64,000 bases of DNA. Origin: Hormiphora californensis (lineage: Eukaryota; Animalia; Ctenophora). The position numbers and the translations under genes were made by a program. The stretch lies in contig CM035351.1 of assembly GCA_020137815.1 (NCBI GenBank), forward strand, positions 3,968,001 through 4,032,000, written 5' to 3'. This document shows positions 59,597 to 64,000 of the stretch, piece by piece. Positions within the stretch are counted from its first letter, which is position 1; each line of letters starts with the position of its first letter. The notes beneath the pieces are model-generated. The model was not told the origin of the DNA. It saw only the letters and a list, made by a program, of their open reading frames with translations, and did not search any database.

Positions 59597-62085
59597 TCTC
59601 TCTCTCTAACGATTGGTTAATTGCCCCAATGGTGTCCAACTAATCCCAATAAATGTACCGTGTGGGGCAATAAAAACGTGGACCGATAAAATTTGGTACA
59701 GCAACTATATGAGACAAATAAATAACTTTACCAAAATTTCAGACCTCTAGCTCAAAATTAATTTTTTTAATCTGAATGAAAATTGTCATTAATTCCAGAA
59801 AAATATATTTTTCGGTCCAAACTTTTACCAATTATGATTGGCATGGCTATCGTATCACGGCCGCTAATGAGGTAGGTGTACCAATACTGCAGAGTGATGT
59901 GATTCGAGAAAAGAGGAAATTTATCAAAGAGCTACTGCAGATCTCATGAACAATCAGCATCGTCATTCCTCATTAGTAACGGTGATACATGATTCTCTAC
60001 CACGATTCGCAATGCTGAACACTCAACGATTCGGTGAGGATTAGAAGTTGAAAATTTGGTCAATTTGTGATTAATTAGGACATTTTCCTAACCTCTGGCG
60101 GCTTAGAAAAGCCCCTTACATGATTCAGCGTATCAAAATTAGTGGGAAATGAGCTCTCACTTAATGTATTAAAAGCGATAAGTTACAGTTTCGGTAAATT
60201 TGACCCAATTGGCAATTATGCTCAATTAGGACACTTTTTTCACCTCTGAGCACTTTTTAAAGTAGCTCACGTGATTCAGCGTATCACAATTAGTCGGGTA
60301 AAGTGGTTTTGGCATCAATACCAATTAGTTGCATTTTTAGCCTATTTTCGACGAGGCCGAGATCGGTCCTTTGTTCAGTTCAATTCGGGTGTAACAACTG
60401 AGTGTACGATGATAATTTGTACTTACACTGAAAATGGTAAAAGGACGTAAGTCCACGCTGAGAAAGTCACGCACACAGCGTGGACTTACGTCCTTTTATG
60501 TTCGTGGTTTTAGTAAGATGGACTTGCGTCCTTTTACACATCTGGAGTGAGGGTTTGTGTGACTTACGCCCTTTTACAATAACTGAGAACCAAATCTTTG
60601 AACGTGAATATCTCGAAACGGGGAAAATGGACTTACGCCGTTCTACTCTAAAACGGCAGCGTAGCTTCCATAACTACTCTTTATCAATTTGAAAAGGTTC
60701 GAATACAGCTCTTACCTTTACATCAACTGATGAGAATGGCTCAATAGCGTATTCCTTCTTTTTACACACAAACACCTTATCCAGGGAAACAGAACCATAC
60801 TGTTGGTGGGACACGGAGAACCGAGCTCCAACAGAGGACATGTTACGGACGGCAAAGGTCTTGGAGGAAGATGTACCGATGGGAACATCACCAAACTCAA
60901 TCTGGTGGTGTACAAACTCTTCCTTCGACTCTCCATTACCCACCATTATAAAGGGATGTTTACCTGTAATAGGAGAGAGAGATAAAATGAAGGGCTAAAA
61001 TTAATTAGTAGACTAACAGTATCACCTAATTAATCAAAAAGTAATTAGGTTATTTTAACTGTTACCTATTCCACTGATTCGCAGCGTCTTGTACTGCCCA
61101 TTTCCAAAAGAAATGACAGCCTTTGAGTCATACACATGAGCTTGGTCGGGTGTAAAGGTGACTGTGACATCCACCTGACCCCTATCTGGCAGCAGTCCAA
61201 GGGCTGGCTCAATGGAAAAGGGAGCCGCAAAGTCCCACTTGAAGTAAGTCTCAATGCTCTTATTGACAAGGGTGAATGTCCGTGAGACAGTCCCCTGGAC
61301 ACCACAGCTCCCAAACTGGACTCCAAAGGGCAGGTCTATGATGTAACGTGGTAGGAGAGCTTTGACACCCACTGCAAACTTGTGCTTCTTTGTGGAGAAC
61401 TCAACTTTATCTGTGTAAGCCTCCTGGGAACAGGGGCAATGTTAGAACTGGGTCAAGAGGGGCAATGTTAAAAGTGAACTGAGAGGGTCAATGTTAGAAC
61501 TAGTTCGAGAGTGGAAATGTTAGAACTGGGTTGGACATGTTAGAACTGGGTTGAGAGGGGCAATGTTAGAACTGGGTTGGAAATGTTAGAACTGGGTTGA
61601 GAGGGGCAATGTTAGAACTGGGTTGAGAGGGGCAATGTTAGAACTGGGTCGAGAGGGGCAATGTTAGAACTGGGTCGAGAGGGGAAATGTTAGAACTTGG
61701 CCGAGAGGGGAAATGTTAGAACTTGGCCGAGAGGGGCAAAAAGCTCATAAAAAGTCATTCTATACCTTTTCTAGCGGTTTGAAAGTGATTGGGATTTTTG
61801 CGGTGTTTCCGGCACATAGTGTTATTATTTTTGGATGCTTTGTCGAGAAACACTTGTTCGCTGGGCACCTGAAGGTAAAATGAAGTTAAAAACAAACACA
61901 CTTTCAAATTCTTAAAATGTAAAACGACAAACACAGACTGGTTTATGAACATACTTGTACTGTATTTTGTGAGTTTGGCAGTCGACATTCTTGATTTTTA
62001 TCATCTTGGTGTACTCGCCACCGGGCTCCCACGCGTTCCATGTGATTTGGGAGGTAGACAGGATACCATTGTGTGTGGTTGTCAT
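49645..62085 (-). CDS. CFAP65: Cilia- and flagella-associated protein 65 (CCDC108), multi-exon
   Basis: N-terminal [19 protein letters not shown] (62085). Successive Ig-like ASH/PapD exons, e.g. [72 protein letters not shown]-terminal [26 protein letters not shown]. Two small indels (about 61815, about 49713). Confidence 0.88.
51406..52303. mobile_element. MITE with TIRs of about 185 bp in a CFAP65 intron (Harbinger-like ends)
   Basis: tta|ggctgtccagtattgattgtcgttgggctttt ... aaaagcccaacgacaatcaatactggacagcc|taa. Confidence 0.88.
53701..53769. other. T-shaped branched hairpin in a CFAP65 intron
   Basis: ccctgc[ccgggtgaatgcc-ttc-ggcattcacccgg][atgcctttttac-ttt-gtaaaaaggcat]a-gcaggg. Confidence 0.85.
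58615..60663. mobile_element. 2-kb non-autonomous TIR/foldback element in a CFAP65 intron
   Basis: ctgccgttttag.gtagaacggcgtaagtccatttt is mirrored at the right end. About 58800-59320 mirrors about 60045-60560. Repeated gtaagtcca motif. TA flanks. Confidence 0.88.
61430..61739. repeat. About 26-bp minisatellite in a CFAP65 intron
   Basis: gaggggcaatgttagaactgggttga variants, about 12 copies. Confidence 0.92.
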
Positions 62086-62334
62086 TACACTACACCTACT
62101 GATCAGGATTCAAGGTTAGGAAACTCTCCGTTTATAAAGTAGTTTCTAGGATGTAAATTTTATGACTGGGTGCGACACACAAGATCTAATATAACTCATT
62201 CCGGATCTTACTTATATTACACCATTTATACTCGGTCTCCTTTAGAACTGGCGGTGTTACTGGTGGTCAGGAACCGACCGAATTAAGTAAACAACCAATC
62301 AGAACTCGTTATTTAGGTCACATGACTGGTTATG

Positions 62335-63234
62335 AGTTGTGCAGCAAGACTTATCTCTTTCTGCACAACTCAATGATCTCGTTTCACACGAGCGATCTTG
62401 GGATTTCCCAGCGAACATGGTATATCCAGCGACTAAACCGAAACGAATCATAATATGTAACCATAGTTCACATTTAATCTCTACAATTCCTTCTCCCTCT
62501 CTCTCTCCCGCAAAGAGAGAAACTGTTTTCCAGTTTAACGCTCTCTCTCTCTCCAATCTCCCTTTTTTACGGCAGAAATACACTCTCCCCCTCAGTCTAA
62601 CGCTCTCTCTTCTTTTTTTACAGAAGAAACGATATCTCTCTCTCCCCTTAAACTACGCGATATGTCACGCACTGTGCTAATTAAAAAAATCCATCTTCAC
62701 TTCCTAACTCAGTTGTGCAGCAAGACTTATCTCTTTCTGCACAACTCAACGATCTCGTTTCACACGAGCGATCTTGGGATTTCCCAGCGAACATGGTATA
62801 TCCAGCGACTAAACCGAAACGAATCATAATATGTAACCATAGTTCACATTTAATCTCTACAATTCCTTCTCCCTCTCTCTCTCCCGCAAAGAGAGAAACT
62901 GTTTTCCAGTTTAACGCTCTCTCTCTCTCCAATCTCCCTTTTTTACGGCAGAAATACACTCTCCCCCTCAGTCTAACGCTCTCTCTTCTTTTTTTACAGA
63001 AGAAACGATATCTCTCTCTCCCCTTAAACTACGCGATATGTCACGCACTGTGCTAATTAAAAAAATCCATCTTCACTTCCTAACTCAGTTGTGCAGCAAG
63101 ACTTATCTCTTTCTGCACAACTCAACGATCTCGTTTCACACGAGCGATCTTGGGATTTCCCAGCGAACATGGTATATCCAGCGACTAAACCGAAACGAAT
63201 CATAATATGTAACCATAGTTCACATTTAATCTCT
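62335..63234. repeat. 376-bp tandem repeat, about 2.4 copies, upstream of CFAP65
   Basis: Identical ORFs start at 62339, 62715 and 63091. Confidence 0.95.
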
Positions 63235-64000
63235 ATTATTTGCCTCCACCCACCCCTCCGCCCACCCCCCCACCCCACCCCTCCTCCCCACCCACCTCCC
63301 CCGCCTCACCCGTCCCAAAGTAGAGGACTTTCTGAAACAGGTTACTATAGAGACAATCCTTGTGTTCTAATTCGCTAAGTCGCTTATCGCGTGTAAGTGT
63401 GTAACAACTCACAAATGTAGTAGCAAAACTACTCCCCCGATACTGCTTTGCAGGTACGCTGCTCCTGCAGGCGTACAGATACTAATTTTTGAGTAAATAC
63501 TATCTGGTTGAATAACAATTTCAAGATCTAGATCTAAAATAAACCTCCGATATTTTTTAATCCCTACTACCCTCCACCCGCCCCGAACCGCCCCGCCCAC
63601 CACCAATATATTCATACTAAACAAAACCGTGGACTGAGAACAAATCCTTGCTAGTTCAGCCTTCTAACCTAATCGGACTTAATTAGTCCTAATCAGACAG
63701 ATAGGTCTCACATTACACATATAATACGTACAATACCCGTCCTGCCACTTATAATGTAAACCTACCATATGCCAGACCAATTCAAGATACTATAATACTA
63801 TAATAATGAAACTCCAAACACCTAATATGTGGGTGACCTAAAATCCTAAAAACGGAGGCAAAACCTCGTACAATAACCTATGTAAAACGATAATAAACCA
63901 CACCGCGGTAGCTATCAAGCTAATCGAGACTAAAGAATAGAAAGCGACATCCCCTCTTGTCGCAGGGGGATAGAGCCACCCGACGGAGCCAAGAATCACA

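Overview
Eukaryotic (animal) genomic DNA with spliceosomal GT-AG introns and abundant (AG)n microsatellites. It is most likely a pleurobrachiid ctenophore. This rests on recalled similarity of several short repeats (11009, 26719, 30692, 62268) to repeats in Pleurobrachia gene models and on the ctenophore-like GPCR and IPNS-like genes; no database search was run. Genes: a damaged PRD-class homeobox exon (+), an ORF1-only LINE derivative (-), a complete ADAM10-like protease with a CUE-like tail (-), two duplicated CAP/GAPR-1 genes (+), an intronless arylsulfatase B-like gene (+), an ornithine decarboxylase homolog lacking catalytic residues (+), an isopenicillin-N-synthase-like 2OG-Fe(II) oxygenase ending ...AYYKEK (-), a partial class A GPCR (+), a carotenoid oxygenase with a signal peptide (-) and CFAP65 (-). 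Non-coding DNA is rich in inverted-repeat elements: MITEs, nested 0.5-0.6 kb-arm foldbacks, perfect palindromes and branched triloop hairpins, plus several minisatellites. Small indels in conserved exons indicate consensus errors in the assembly. No CRISPR array, rRNA or tRNA was seen.
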